From positions 1 to 54,171 of the forward strand of contig DAIOGN010000002.1 of the NCBI GenBank assembly GCA_036745245.1: DNA of 54,171 bases. The letters run 5' to 3'. Below are positions 9,778 to 19,128 of this stretch, piece by piece. Positions within the stretch are counted from its first letter, which is position 1; each line of letters opens with the position of its first letter. A program made the position numbers and the translations under genes. The notes beneath the pieces were generated by a model. The model searched no databases. It was not told where the DNA came from and saw only the letters and a list, made by a program, of their open reading frames with translations. Source of the stretch: Candidatus Zixiibacteriota bacterium. GTDB lineage: Bacteria > Zixibacteria > MSB-5A5 > JAUVRN01.

Positions 9778-10935
9778 ATGAGTCACCTGGTTGAAGCAGC
9801 CCTCCTGGCGGCAACGGGACTGGGTCTGTCGGTGGTGACGGTAGCGGCTCTCATCAGCGTGTACCGTCTACGAGCAGGTCGAAAATCTCCCCTCCTCCGG
9901 GGGACAGAACCCGCCGTTTCCATTTTCAAACCCCTCAAAGGCGCCGATGACGAGCTGGCCCTCAACCTCCGCTCGTTCTTCGAGCTCGAGTATCCGCAGT
10001 TTGAACTGCTGTTCGCGGTGCGCAATCCGCACGATCCGGCTGTGACGATCGTGCAGGAGCTTCAGCAGCAATACCCGCAGGTTCCCTCCCGATTGGTGGT
10101 CGCGCCCGAGCAATTCGGATTCAATCCCAAGGTCAACAACCTCATCCATCTCTATCCGCATGCGCGGCACGAGCTCTTCCTGATCTCCGACAGCAACGTG
10201 CGCGTGAGCCCGGATTACCTCACGGATCTCGTCCATCGCCTCGACACTCCGGGCACGGGCCTGGTCACGTCCACCATCCGCGGGCGCGGCGCTCAGTCGG
10301 CCGGCTCCGTGCTGGAGAACCTGAACCTCAATACGTACGTGGCGCCGGCGGTGCTCTCCACGAGCCTCCTCTTCGGCCGGCCCATCGTAATCGGCAAGTC
10401 GATGCTCTTCCGCAAGGCAGACCTCGAGCGACTCGGAGGCTATGAAGCCTTCGTGAACCTGCTCGCCGAAGACCAGCTCATCGGCGTTGGCATCCGCAGT
10501 CTGGGCAAACGGGTTCGCACCTCTCCGCGCGCCATCGAGAACATTAACGTCTCCTGGTCGATGGAGCAGTTCTTCAACCGGCACGTGCGGTGGGGCATGA
10601 TCCGCCGTAGCCTCTCACCGGCACTCTACAGTCTCGAAATCCTCAGCAATCCCGTGGCCCTGGCCTGCGCTTATGCAGCCTTCAGCGGACAGCCCGATGC
10701 ACTCACCGTCTGCGGACTGGTCGCGCTGTACAAGATCGCACTCGACTGGGTGGTAGGACAGGCCATGCAGAGCGACCTGAGGCACCGTCACTACCTGCTC
10801 ATTCCTCTGAAGGACCTGTTCCTGGCCACGTGCTGGGCGATTCCGTTCTTCAAGCGGCATGTCGTGTGGCGGGGAAACCATCTGAAAGTGGGCCGCAATA
10901 CCGCGCTGACGGCGGCCCCGGGGAGCGTCGCATGA
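9778..10935 (+). CDS. GT2/GT21-type glycosyltransferase (ceramide glucosyltransferase / HpnI-like), membrane bound
   Basis: N-terminal TM. SIFKPLKGADDEL, NPKVNNL, ISDSNV, LAEDQLIG, RWGMIRR motifs of the GT21 fold. SD-like GAGGTGGGG lies upstream. Confidence 0.8.
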   Translation: MSHLVEAALLAATGLGLSVVTVAALISVYRLRAGRKSPLLRGTEPAVSIFKPLKGADDELALNLRSFFELEYPQFELLFAVRNPHDPAVTIVQELQQQYPQVPSRLVVAPEQFGFNPKVNNLIHLYPHARHELFLISDSNVRVSPDYLTDLVHRLDTPGTGLVTSTIRGRGAQSAGSVLENLNLNTYVAPAVLSTSLLFGRPIVIGKSMLFRKADLERLGGYEAFVNLLAEDQLIGVGIRSLGKRVRTSPRAIENINVSWSMEQFFNRHVRWGMIRRSLSPALYSLEILSNPVALACAYAAFSGQPDALTVCGLVALYKIALDWVVGQAMQSDLRHRHYLLIPLKDLFLATCWAIPFFKRHVVWRGNHLKVGRNTALTAAPGSVA

Positions 10936-11043
10936 GTCATCTCAATCTCGTATGGCCCGGTGCGCCGGAGACACCGGGCTGGCCCGGGTTCGGGCGACTG
11001 GTCCGCTTCCTCCTGGCGGCAGCCTTCCTGAGAAGACATCCGA

Positions 11044-11898
11044 GTGGCTAAGATCATGACCACTCAACCCAGCCTCTTCACCGGTCACGTTGACGCGCTC
11101 CGAAGGCGCATGAATACTCTAATCGTCTCAGACGTTCACATGGGCTCGAAAGTCACGCGCGCGCGGGAGCTGTTCGAGTTGCTCACGCGATTTCAGATCT
11201 CCGACCACCGGTATCGATTCGATCGCTTGATCCTGCTGGGAGACATGTTCGACGACATGAACTTCCGGCGCCTCCGGAAGTACGAGTGGAAGCTGTTGGG
11301 CCTGATTCGCAAGATGACGGACGATGACAGCAACGTGGAAGTGGTTTGGCTACGCGGCAACCACGATCTTGAACTCACCGATCTCATGACTCACATGGTG
11401 GGGACACCCATCCACGAGGAGTACCGCTGGCAGGTGGCTGGAAAGCGGTTTCTCGCCATGCACGGCGACCAGTTCGACAAATGGATCGTGAACTACCCGG
11501 TGCTGTCGAGCATCCCCATGTTTATCTATGACCTCATCCAGAAGCTCGACGGGCCACAGCACCATCTCAGCCGCTACCTGAAGGACCGATCCAAGAAGTG
11601 GCTGCACACCAACGAGGCAGTGGCACGCGGGATCCTGAACTATGCACGCTCCCGCAATCTAAAGGTGGATGCGCTGTTTTGCGGTCACACGCACCTGGCC
11701 GACGCGATCCACCTCGAAGCTGAACATGTCTGGTACTACAACACGGGCTGCTGGACCGGAAGCCATGCTCCCACATACGTGGTGATCGATGAACAGGGCG
11801 AGGTGGGACTCTACGAATACTCGACGGAGGCGGTCCCACCGCACATGGCCGACGTCCAGCACGACCTGGCGCAGAGACGGTTGCCTGTCTCTGATTGA
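11044..11898 (+). CDS. Calcineurin-like metallophosphoesterase, LpxH (UDP-2,3-diacylglucosamine hydrolase)-like
   Basis: SDVHMG, LGDMFDD, RGNHD, MHGDQFD and GHTH motifs in order. Start uncertain: GTG 11044 or ATG 11056 / MNTL. Confidence 0.8.
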   Translation: MAKIMTTQPSLFTGHVDALRRRMNTLIVSDVHMGSKVTRARELFELLTRFQISDHRYRFDRLILLGDMFDDMNFRRLRKYEWKLLGLIRKMTDDDSNVEVVWLRGNHDLELTDLMTHMVGTPIHEEYRWQVAGKRFLAMHGDQFDKWIVNYPVLSSIPMFIYDLIQKLDGPQHHLSRYLKDRSKKWLHTNEAVARGILNYARSRNLKVDALFCGHTHLADAIHLEAEHVWYYNTGCWTGSHAPTYVVIDEQGEVGLYEYSTEAVPPHMADVQHDLAQRRLPVSD

Positions 11899-11911
11899 TC
11901 CTTTCAGGCCT

Positions 11912-13237
11912 TCAGGGCACGCGCTCCCACACCCACGCACCCATTGAACTGTCGAGGACGGTCGGCCGCCTCGACCACACCCAGTAGTGCTGCGGCCAGT
12001 TCCACTCGCCGCCGAGCAGCGTTTGATACGTGGTGACAGAGTGCGGCAGCCCCGGGATGATCACTACTTCGAACTCCACTCCGGCGCGTGAGAGGTACTG
12101 CTTCATCAGCTCGACATTCTCTGCCGGCGGCACGTTGGGATCCACTTCTCCGAATACGGCAAGAACGGGACAACTCAGGGCCTGCAAGTCCTCGGCCGGA
12201 TCGTACGCGTTCTGCCGCCACCAGGCGATGTCGGTGTCGTCCTGTGTTGCCGGCAGGTTCACGAATTCCGCCCATGCAGCTTTGGAGGAGGTCTGCGTGG
12301 ACGCCTCCAGCGACTTCCAGTCCTGCGGAGAATTCACAAAGGCGAAGTACGTCCGCGTGTGTGACACGGCCGAGTCGATGGCGCTCTCCGCGTAGCCTTC
12401 CGCGCGCAGGCTGTACTCGACCCGGTGGAGTTCCTGCGCTTCCAGGCTGACCGACGGACCTTCCAGAAACACGATGAAGTCGGGCTCTGCACCCAGCCGT
12501 GACGCGATGGCGGCGACCCACCCTCCCTGGCTGATGCCGAGGAACCCCACGCGGCCGGGGGCTACGTCGGATCGCCCGCGCAGGCTGTTCAACGCGGCTG
12601 TCGCGTCGTTCGCCATGGTCGTGAAATCGGCGCTCGACAGGCTCCCTTCGGACTCGCCCACTCCGCGTTTGTCGTAGAGCAATACGGCAATCCCCTGGCG
12701 CGCGAGCGCATAGGCATGCGAACGATACTCCCACGTGGTGCGCCCCTGATTGCCGCTGCCCGGGATGGCCACAAGCGCCGGATGGGGACCAGGGCTCAGC
12801 GGCCGTACAAGGGTGCCGGCGAGCTGCGAGCCGCCGCTCGTGAAGGACACCGCTTCACTGGTGAATTGTGGCTCGAGTCCGCCTGCCACCTTTTTGAGGT
12901 GCAGACTCACCGGCGGATTCCAGCGCTCATTGAGAGCCGTGAGCTGCTCATAGCCCTCTTGAAAGTACAGATCGAATGGTCCGTAAAGCAGCCGGATGCT
13001 GACCGTCGAGTCCCCGACGACCACTTCCGAGAGCGGTTCCTCGAACAGCCCCATCTCGGGAATGTCGTAGTGCCCCACTACCGTGTCCCCCCGCCGCTCC
13101 AGACGCACGTCGATGATCTGGATTGAACCGTGCCTCGAAAACGCACCTTTCCAGCGGCCCACCAGTACGCCTGGATCCACCGCCCACGCGGTGGGCACCA
13201 GACACAGGCCACACCATAGTCCTACCCGGATCGACAT
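11912..13237 (-). CDS. Secreted alpha/beta hydrolase (S9 / dienelactone-hydrolase-like)
   Basis: Nucleophile elbow GISQGG. Signal peptide MSIRVGLWCGLCLVPTAWA from ATG 13237. The track ORF extends to GTG 13279. Confidence 0.8.
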   Translation of the reverse strand: MSIRVGLWCGLCLVPTAWAVDPGVLVGRWKGAFSRHGSIQIIDVRLERRGDTVVGHYDIPEMGLFEEPLSEVVVGDSTVSIRLLYGPFDLYFQEGYEQLTALNERWNPPVSLHLKKVAGGLEPQFTSEAVSFTSGGSQLAGTLVRPLSPGPHPALVAIPGSGNQGRTTWEYRSHAYALARQGIAVLLYDKRGVGESEGSLSSADFTTMANDATAALNSLRGRSDVAPGRVGFLGISQGGWVAAIASRLGAEPDFIVFLEGPSVSLEAQELHRVEYSLRAEGYAESAIDSAVSHTRTYFAFVNSPQDWKSLEASTQTSSKAAWAEFVNLPATQDDTDIAWWRQNAYDPAEDLQALSCPVLAVFGEVDPNVPPAENVELMKQYLSRAGVEFEVVIIPGLPHSVTTYQTLLGGEWNWPQHYWVWSRRPTVLDSSMGAWVWERVP

Positions 13238-13676
13238 TCTCACTGAATTGCTCCCTGTCTTCGTTGGTGACCACTCCACAGCCCGCCACGAGGGGGTGCC
13301 ACCCTTTCGACTACGAACAACTAATTAGTTAGTTGCACGGAAGGCAAGCCCTCCCCTGAGCAGTTGAATCCCAGCGGCTTATCAAAGGAAGATCGAGGCT
13401 GGCCCCGGGGCCCGCGGAGGTCACGTCTGCGGCCAGAACCAGTGGCTCGGACCACCCAACCGCCGGCTTTTCACCAATGGCTCCTCACCACATGACGAAA
13501 CGCACGGACGGTGCTGTCACATTCTGTCATGATATCCGCAGAGCATGTTCAGATTTCAGGCGCGCGCAACACTGGGCGCAGGCCTCGCAGCGGCCGACAA
13601 TTCTTATCAGATGAAAGCGCATGCCGCGGAGACGCGCCGTAGCGTGCTGGTTCAACCACATCAAAGGGGGAAACCC

Positions 13677-14276
13677 ATGAAGTACCTGATGCGTCAGATT
13701 CCGGTTGTCCTGGCGGTGGCTGTGCTCTTTGCAGCGGCTACGGCGGGCGCGACCGACCACAACAGCGGATTCTTCCTGCGCCTTGCCGGCGGGGGAGGAG
13801 TCAACTCCACTTCGATCACGGACCCTGCGTCCTCCTCCAAGCTCGAGCTGTCAGGTATTGGCGGCGGCATGAGCGCGGCCATCGGCGGCATGGTGAAGCC
13901 CAACTTCGCCCTGCACGGCACGGTGTGGGGCTGGCTCGTGAGCAGCCCGGATGCGACGATTGACGGCACGGATGCCGGTCAGATGAGCAGCAGCCTGAAC
14001 ATGTCGGCCTTTGGCGGCGGCGCCACCTACTATTTCATGCCTGCCAACATCTATCTCACCAGCTCCGCGGGTGTGGGTCGTTTGCACACGGAGTCGGGCA
14101 GCTCGGATGCGGGCTTCGTCCTCGACTTCGCACTGGGCAAGGAGTGGTGGGTGAGCTCCAAGTGGGGCCTCGGCATGAACGCCGGGATCAACTACCACAG
14201 CGTACCCGATGGCGGCGTGAGCCAGAACTGGTCGGGAACGTCGTTCGTGTTGAATTTCAGCGCCACCTGCAACTAG
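13677..14276 (+). CDS. Small outer-membrane beta-barrel-like protein
   Basis: ATG 13677 after AAAGGGGG. Signal peptide MKYLMRQIPVVLAVAVLFAAATAGA. Gly/Ser-rich alternating strands and an aromatic-rich C-terminal strand (SFVLNFSATCN). Confidence 0.65.
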   Translation: MKYLMRQIPVVLAVAVLFAAATAGATDHNSGFFLRLAGGGGVNSTSITDPASSSKLELSGIGGGMSAAIGGMVKPNFALHGTVWGWLVSSPDATIDGTDAGQMSSSLNMSAFGGGATYYFMPANIYLTSSAGVGRLHTESGSSDAGFVLDFALGKEWWVSSKWGLGMNAGINYHSVPDGGVSQNWSGTSFVLNFSATCN

Positions 14277-14291
14277 AGCTAGCTAGTACCA

Positions 14292-14330
14292 CCCCGGAGT
14301 CCGGTCGCAGATCGGATTCCGGGGTTTTTT
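14292..14330 (+). terminator. Rho-independent terminator
   Basis: 12-bp stem CCCCGGAGTCCG / CGGATTCCGGGG (one G-U pair), 9-nt loop, followed by TTTTTT. Confidence 0.8.
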
Positions 14331-14439
14331 GTGCCCCCCTTCACGCGTGGCCCCGGCACTGCATCGGTCAGGCGCCTGGAATGGGCCTCCTCACCCCCCA
14401 GAGAGGACGCACCATCGTACAATGGATTTCGCCAAGCCA

Positions 14440-17205
14440 TCAATCGCAGGTGGGCCCAAGTGGGCTGTCCTCACAAATATCGCAAGGCTCGGCGGTGCCC
14501 TTAAACACATAGTTCACGAGCCTGATGATATCGGCTGAAGTGATCGTGCCGCTACAGTTCACATCGCCGGCGGCCTGGCACGGCTGCAACAGGTTTGGAC
14601 CTTTGAATATGGCATTCACAAGTGTGATAATGTCGGCGGACGTGACGCTGTGACTGTTGTTCACATCGCCCGAAACTTCGATCAGGCAATTGCACGAATC
14701 CCCTCGCCCATTGTGGTTGGAGTCCTCCTGGAGGGGATTGAATGCATAGGGGCAGTTGTCGCAGGCATCGCCCACTGCGTCACCGTCGGCGTCCGTCTGG
14801 TTCGCGTTGACGACCAGCAGACAATTGTCGAGGGTGTCAGGCACCCCGTCGTTGTCGTTGTCCAGATCGCAGGCGTCTCCCTCACCGTCATCGTCCAGAT
14901 CTTCCTGGCTGGAGTTGGCGACCTGGACACAATTGTCGCAGACATCTCCGAATGCGTCACCGTCAACGTTCTCCTGGCCTTCATTGGCAACGCACAGACA
15001 ATTGTCATCCGGTTCCAGGAGGGAGTCGCCATCGACATTTGAGAGTCCACTCAGTTTGGTGACAAAGACATCCCGGCCCCCCTGATGGGTGTGAAAGGGA
15101 TTCTGAACCGGAAAGTCAGGAGATTCGGTCCACCCGGCAACATAGACGATGTCGCTTTCACTCAGCACAATGCTCGCACCGCCGTCGCTGCTTCCCCCGC
15201 CGAGGCAGGTACTGTACATCAGGCGACTACCGTCATCGGCGAACACGGACACAATTGCATCCAGGGAGTTCTGGTGCGTCTGATAGCCGCACTGGGTCGG
15301 AAAGTCCGCGGACGTCGTGTACCCCGTGACATAAGCCCTGCCACGGTCATCCAGAACCAGAGCACCCAGGTTTTCGTCGCTGCTCCCGCCCAGGCAAGTA
15401 CTGTACACCAGGCTGTCGCCGGTGCTGGAGAGCCTGGTGACAAACAGGTCATCTCCACTCAGATAGAGTTGGTAGGGGCTCTGAGTCGGGAAGTTGGAAG
15501 ACGTCGTCACTCCCGCCACAAAGGCGGTGCCATCGCTTCCCACCGCGATGCTGTATCCCGCGTCCCAGTCGTTGCCGCCAAGGTATGTACTGTAGATCAG
15601 GCTGTCCCCAGAATCGGAAAACCGGGTTACAAAGGCATCCTGATAGCCCTGCGGCGTCTGAGAGGAATTCCGAATCGGAAAGTCGGAGGAACTTGTGGAG
15701 CCTGTGATGAAAGCACCTCCATTGCTGTCCATGGCAATGCCCGCGCCCAAATCGAAGCCGCTCCCTCCGAGATACGTACTGAAGAGCAAGCTGTCGCCCG
15801 AGCTGGACAGCCTGGTCACGAAACCATCCCCTCCGCCCTGATACAATTGGATTGGGTTCTGGGTAGGGAAATTCGTGGACGTCGTGTACCCCGTCAGGCA
15901 GACACGTCCGCTGCCGTCCAGCGAGATTCCGTTGGGGCGATCGGAACTGTTTCCGCCGAGATACGTGCTGTACTCGAGACTGTTGCCGGCGGCGGACAGT
16001 TTGGCTACAAACCCATCATCTCCGCCCCCGTCCAACTGATAGGGACTCACGGTAGGAAAGTTCGAGGAACTTGTCCTTCCCGTCACGTACACCTGCCCGG
16101 CTAGATCCACGGCAATAGCACAGGCCTCATCGAAGCTGCTGCCGCCGAGGTAGGTGCTGTACAGGAGCTGGTTGCCTGCGCTGGAGAGCTTGGATACAAA
16201 TACATCATCTCCGCCTTGATCCGGTTGAACAGGATTCTGAGTCGGGAAGTTGAACGATTGGGTCGTCCCCGCTACATAGGCGTTGCCGTTGCCGTCCACC
16301 GCGATGCCCGAACCCCAATCGGATGAACTCCCACCGAGATAGGTGCTATACGTCAATTCCACTGCCGCGGCCGGTGATGCCACATGCAACAGGCCATCCC
16401 CCACGCGCCCCAACCCAAATTCCGAATTGGACTCCCGCTGTGGCGAGAGCCAGCCCGTGCCGCGGTTCGCCAGGTCGATGGGTCCAATCTTCGAGCCCCA
16501 TGCGGTCCTCGCGATCAGCCTGCCCTGGGCATCGAGAGACGCCTCGACCTGACCCTGGTAGGTCACCTTGATCTGTCGAACATCAGCGCCAGGAGCCACT
16601 ATGAAATCGTACTTCACCTGATGGGGACCGTTTCCCGAAAACCTGACGTCAATGCCGGGATAAAGGTTCTTGATCGTCACGGCTGCGTAATTCGGAACCT
16701 CAGCCCGCCATTGCTCGGGATCGCTGCCCAGGAAGTAGTTACACTTGTATGCCAGTTCCTCCATCCCGACCGCCTCGGCCGATCTGTGTGCACCGACGAA
16801 CGAGGCCTGGATCACAAGCTGTTCAACGCTTTCGCGAGCCGAGAGAACGGCCTCCAAGGCGAGTGGGTCGTCACTGCGCGCGTGTTTCGCCGAGAGCCCT
16901 CGACGGAGCGGCGGCCCAGCATCGGATGGAGTCACGTGCCGCGTGAACTGGTAGCAGATGCCGCTCTGGGTGAACCACAAGGCCGCTCCGCCGGCTTCGG
17001 TTCGAAACAGGATGCTGTCCGGCCATTGACCCCTGTTCGCGGAAAAGGGGAGTGGCCTCGGGAGGGAGGATGGCATCACGTATGCAGTGCTCTTGGGATC
17101 GCCCGCCCGGATGATGGATGACTGGCCGCGCGAATGAGCCTGAAGGGGAGCCAGTGCACTGCTCAGCAGGCAGATGGCAAACGTGCTACGCGCTGAAATT
17201 TCCAT
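14440..17205 (-). CDS. Large secreted protein: SBBP-type beta-propeller repeats, thrombospondin type-3 repeats and a six-Cys dockerin-like module
   Basis: Signal peptide. Seven repeats of Y-S-T-[YC]-L-G-G...FPT.NP. DNC...DGD Ca-binding repeats. Module at 14443..14694. Confidence 0.9.
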   Translation of the reverse strand: MEISARSTFAICLLSSALAPLQAHSRGQSSIIRAGDPKSTAYVMPSSLPRPLPFSANRGQWPDSILFRTEAGGAALWFTQSGICYQFTRHVTPSDAGPPLRRGLSAKHARSDDPLALEAVLSARESVEQLVIQASFVGAHRSAEAVGMEELAYKCNYFLGSDPEQWRAEVPNYAAVTIKNLYPGIDVRFSGNGPHQVKYDFIVAPGADVRQIKVTYQGQVEASLDAQGRLIARTAWGSKIGPIDLANRGTGWLSPQRESNSEFGLGRVGDGLLHVASPAAAVELTYSTYLGGSSSDWGSGIAVDGNGNAYVAGTTQSFNFPTQNPVQPDQGGDDVFVSKLSSAGNQLLYSTYLGGSSFDEACAIAVDLAGQVYVTGRTSSSNFPTVSPYQLDGGGDDGFVAKLSAAGNSLEYSTYLGGNSSDRPNGISLDGSGRVCLTGYTTSTNFPTQNPIQLYQGGGDGFVTRLSSSGDSLLFSTYLGGSGFDLGAGIAMDSNGGAFITGSTSSSDFPIRNSSQTPQGYQDAFVTRFSDSGDSLIYSTYLGGNDWDAGYSIAVGSDGTAFVAGVTTSSNFPTQSPYQLYLSGDDLFVTRLSSTGDSLVYSTCLGGSSDENLGALVLDDRGRAYVTGYTTSADFPTQCGYQTHQNSLDAIVSVFADDGSRLMYSTCLGGGSSDGGASIVLSESDIVYVAGWTESPDFPVQNPFHTHQGGRDVFVTKLSGLSNVDGDSLLEPDDNCLCVANEGQENVDGDAFGDVCDNCVQVANSSQEDLDDDGEGDACDLDNDNDGVPDTLDNCLLVVNANQTDADGDAVGDACDNCPYAFNPLQEDSNHNGRGDSCNCLIEVSGDVNNSHSVTSADIITLVNAIFKGPNLLQPCQAAGDVNCSGTITSADIIRLVNYVFKGTAEPCDICEDSPLGPTCD

Positions 17206-17374
17206 TAAACACCCTGCTCGCCCGAGTTGCTCGGGCGTGCTGCGTTGCCTCTGCGGTCAAAGCGTACATACATCCTGTGACCGGTTGCTCGCAAGGGACC
17301 TTGTGTGTGAGTAATGGAGCACTCCAGGGAGCTGAGAGCCTGGAAACACCTGTAAGATGATCACGTGCAGTCGA

Positions 17375-17572
17375 TTAGGCGCTTTCATAGTGGCGGCACA
17401 GAGAGACGACATGGAAGATGTCAGATGTGGTCACTCCACCGTTGGCATCCACATCGCCGGGGAGCATGTCCAGCGCCTTGCCGCCGGCGCTTACGCCAGC
17501 CGCGGGCAATGACTGATGTGTGGCCAGTACGGATAGGAGCAGCGCACAACGCAAGCCTGTCAGCCTGTTCAT
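17375..17572 (-). CDS. 65-aa secreted mini-protein carrying a single dockerin-like EF-hand repeat
   Basis: ATG 17570-17572 overlaps the upstream TGA (ATGA). GGAGGAG lies upstream. Signal peptide MNRLTGLRCALLLSVLATHQSLPAAG, then GDVDANGGVTTSDIFHVV. Confidence 0.55.
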   Translation of the reverse strand: MNRLTGLRCALLLSVLATHQSLPAAGVSAGGKALDMLPGDVDANGGVTTSDIFHVVSLCRHYESA

Positions 17573-19092
17573 CTCTCCTCCCCAAGCGTACAGCACGTCG
17601 GCTCTAGTGCAACTCCCCCCTTGAAGACAAAGTTCACCAGCTTGATGACATCGGCAGCATTCACGGCGCCTTCCCCGGTCAGGTCTGCTGCACATGTTGG
17701 CACGAGCAGGGAGGCCCCTTTGAAGACGTGGTTCACGAGCAAAATCACATCCGAAGATGTCACACTCCAGGATGCATCCGCGTCGCCGGGGCGATACACA
17801 CGGAGAGCTTGAACGTCAGGGAGGTTCCAGGTGGATCCGTTGTCCAAAACGACTACCTGCCACCAGTACCGCTGGCCGACCTGGAGGCTTGTTCCAAACA
17901 CCAACGATGTGTCCATCCAATCGTACAGAACGGAATCCACCACATCGGTCAGGAAATAAGGCGAGGTAGCTCGGCTTGCGATGTAGCGAATGAACGGCTG
18001 GTCGTACGGTTCCGGATCCGCAATGGCACTCCAGACGTGCGTAGGTGCACAGTTGTAGATGACCTCGTCCTCCGCGGGCCCAAGCAGGCTGGTCTTGGCG
18101 GGCACCAGGTTGAAGGCATTCAGCAGGAATGCATTCGTCGTGGCGGGAGGGCTTTCCGCGTAGCCATCGGAGGCCCTGGCCGTCCAAAGGTACAATGAGT
18201 CTTCCCACAGGCTGTCGGGGGGCGTCCACTCCGCGGCCGTCCAATCTTCGGTGGATCTCACCCACGGCGAGCTGGCGACCAGCTCGGTATCCAGGCCGGA
18301 TTGGACCTGAAATAGAGAAAACTGCGTCCAGACTGTGTCCTGATCTGGCTGCACTGCATTCGACACCGAGAGAGTCGGCCAGTGCGTATCCCGAATGTAC
18401 GCATCATCGATCGGACTCACCAACTGTGGAACATCCGGAGGGATATTCACGCTGAAGGCGCGCGGCGCCCACGGACTCCAGTTCAGGCCGTCGAAGACTC
18501 TTAACCTGCAGTAGTACAATTGATCAGGTACCAGAGTCGCTCCTGCGTAGGTAATGCTTGTGTCAGAGCTTGCCACCTGGCTCAGTTGCCATAGTTCTGC
18601 GGAGGACCACTCATTGTCGGTGCCGAACTCGAGATCGAAGAGACTCTGCTGCAGGCCGGGCAAGGCCGCATACCTCCAGGCGATCAGCGGCACTGACGAG
18701 GCTACGTGCATCATGTCGGACGGGTAGTCCAGTCGCAGGGCCGACACAACCGGTCCCGTAGCCGTGAGATGCCCAGCCGTGAATTGCGGCGTCCAATTGA
18801 GAGGACCTGCCGCCGTGAGTGTCAGGCTGTTGTGCGGAGGGAGGGAGGTGCTGTCGATCTCAAGGCTCACGACCTCAGGGGGAGCTGCTTGTTTGAAGTG
18901 AATTCGCGCCAACGGCCCGCTGGAGGGCGGGAAGTGAGTAAACGACTCGAACCCAAGCAGAATCGTCTGGGACTGTTGTTGTACTCGAGACGTATTGATG
19001 GCCTGAGAGAACTCCGGACGAACACCAAGGGAATGCGGCATCCAACCCGCGAATATCAGTCTGATGATCGTCGGTAAACGCTCTCCTCTCAA
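17569..19092 (-). CDS. Protein with a partial cohesin-like N-terminal region, a central beta-rich region and a divergent dockerin-like C-terminus
   Basis: 507-aa ORF. TTG start immediately after an in-frame TAG. No recognisable signal peptide. The N-terminal ~110 aa aligns by eye with the second half of the cohesin-like domain of ORF 51030. Module at 17572..17790. Confidence 0.7.
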   Translation of the reverse strand: MRGERLPTIIRLIFAGWMPHSLGVRPEFSQAINTSRVQQQSQTILLGFESFTHFPPSSGPLARIHFKQAAPPEVVSLEIDSTSLPPHNSLTLTAAGPLNWTPQFTAGHLTATGPVVSALRLDYPSDMMHVASSVPLIAWRYAALPGLQQSLFDLEFGTDNEWSSAELWQLSQVASSDTSITYAGATLVPDQLYYCRLRVFDGLNWSPWAPRAFSVNIPPDVPQLVSPIDDAYIRDTHWPTLSVSNAVQPDQDTVWTQFSLFQVQSGLDTELVASSPWVRSTEDWTAAEWTPPDSLWEDSLYLWTARASDGYAESPPATTNAFLLNAFNLVPAKTSLLGPAEDEVIYNCAPTHVWSAIADPEPYDQPFIRYIASRATSPYFLTDVVDSVLYDWMDTSLVFGTSLQVGQRYWWQVVVLDNGSTWNLPDVQALRVYRPGDADASWSVTSSDVILLVNHVFKGASLLVPTCAADLTGEGAVNAADVIKLVNFVFKGGVALEPTCCTLGEER

Positions 19093-19128
19093 CTATTTAA
19101 ACGGAGGTTGACACCAGTCAGATCCACA

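Noticed and set aside
10932-11051. 39-aa ORF coupled to the GT21 stop
   Set aside because: Short, with no recognisable features, and it overlaps the next gene's start. It is mentioned only within the cluster finding.
14331-14439. Searched for a direct repeat of the tRNA 3' end to bound the putative island
   Set aside because: No match to TAGCGGCGCAGGGATTCGAACC was seen by eye. The island boundary therefore remains hypothetical.
15085-16104. 339-aa + strand ORF
   Set aside because: Antisense to the SBBP repeat region. Its own periodicity merely mirrors the repeats on the coding strand.
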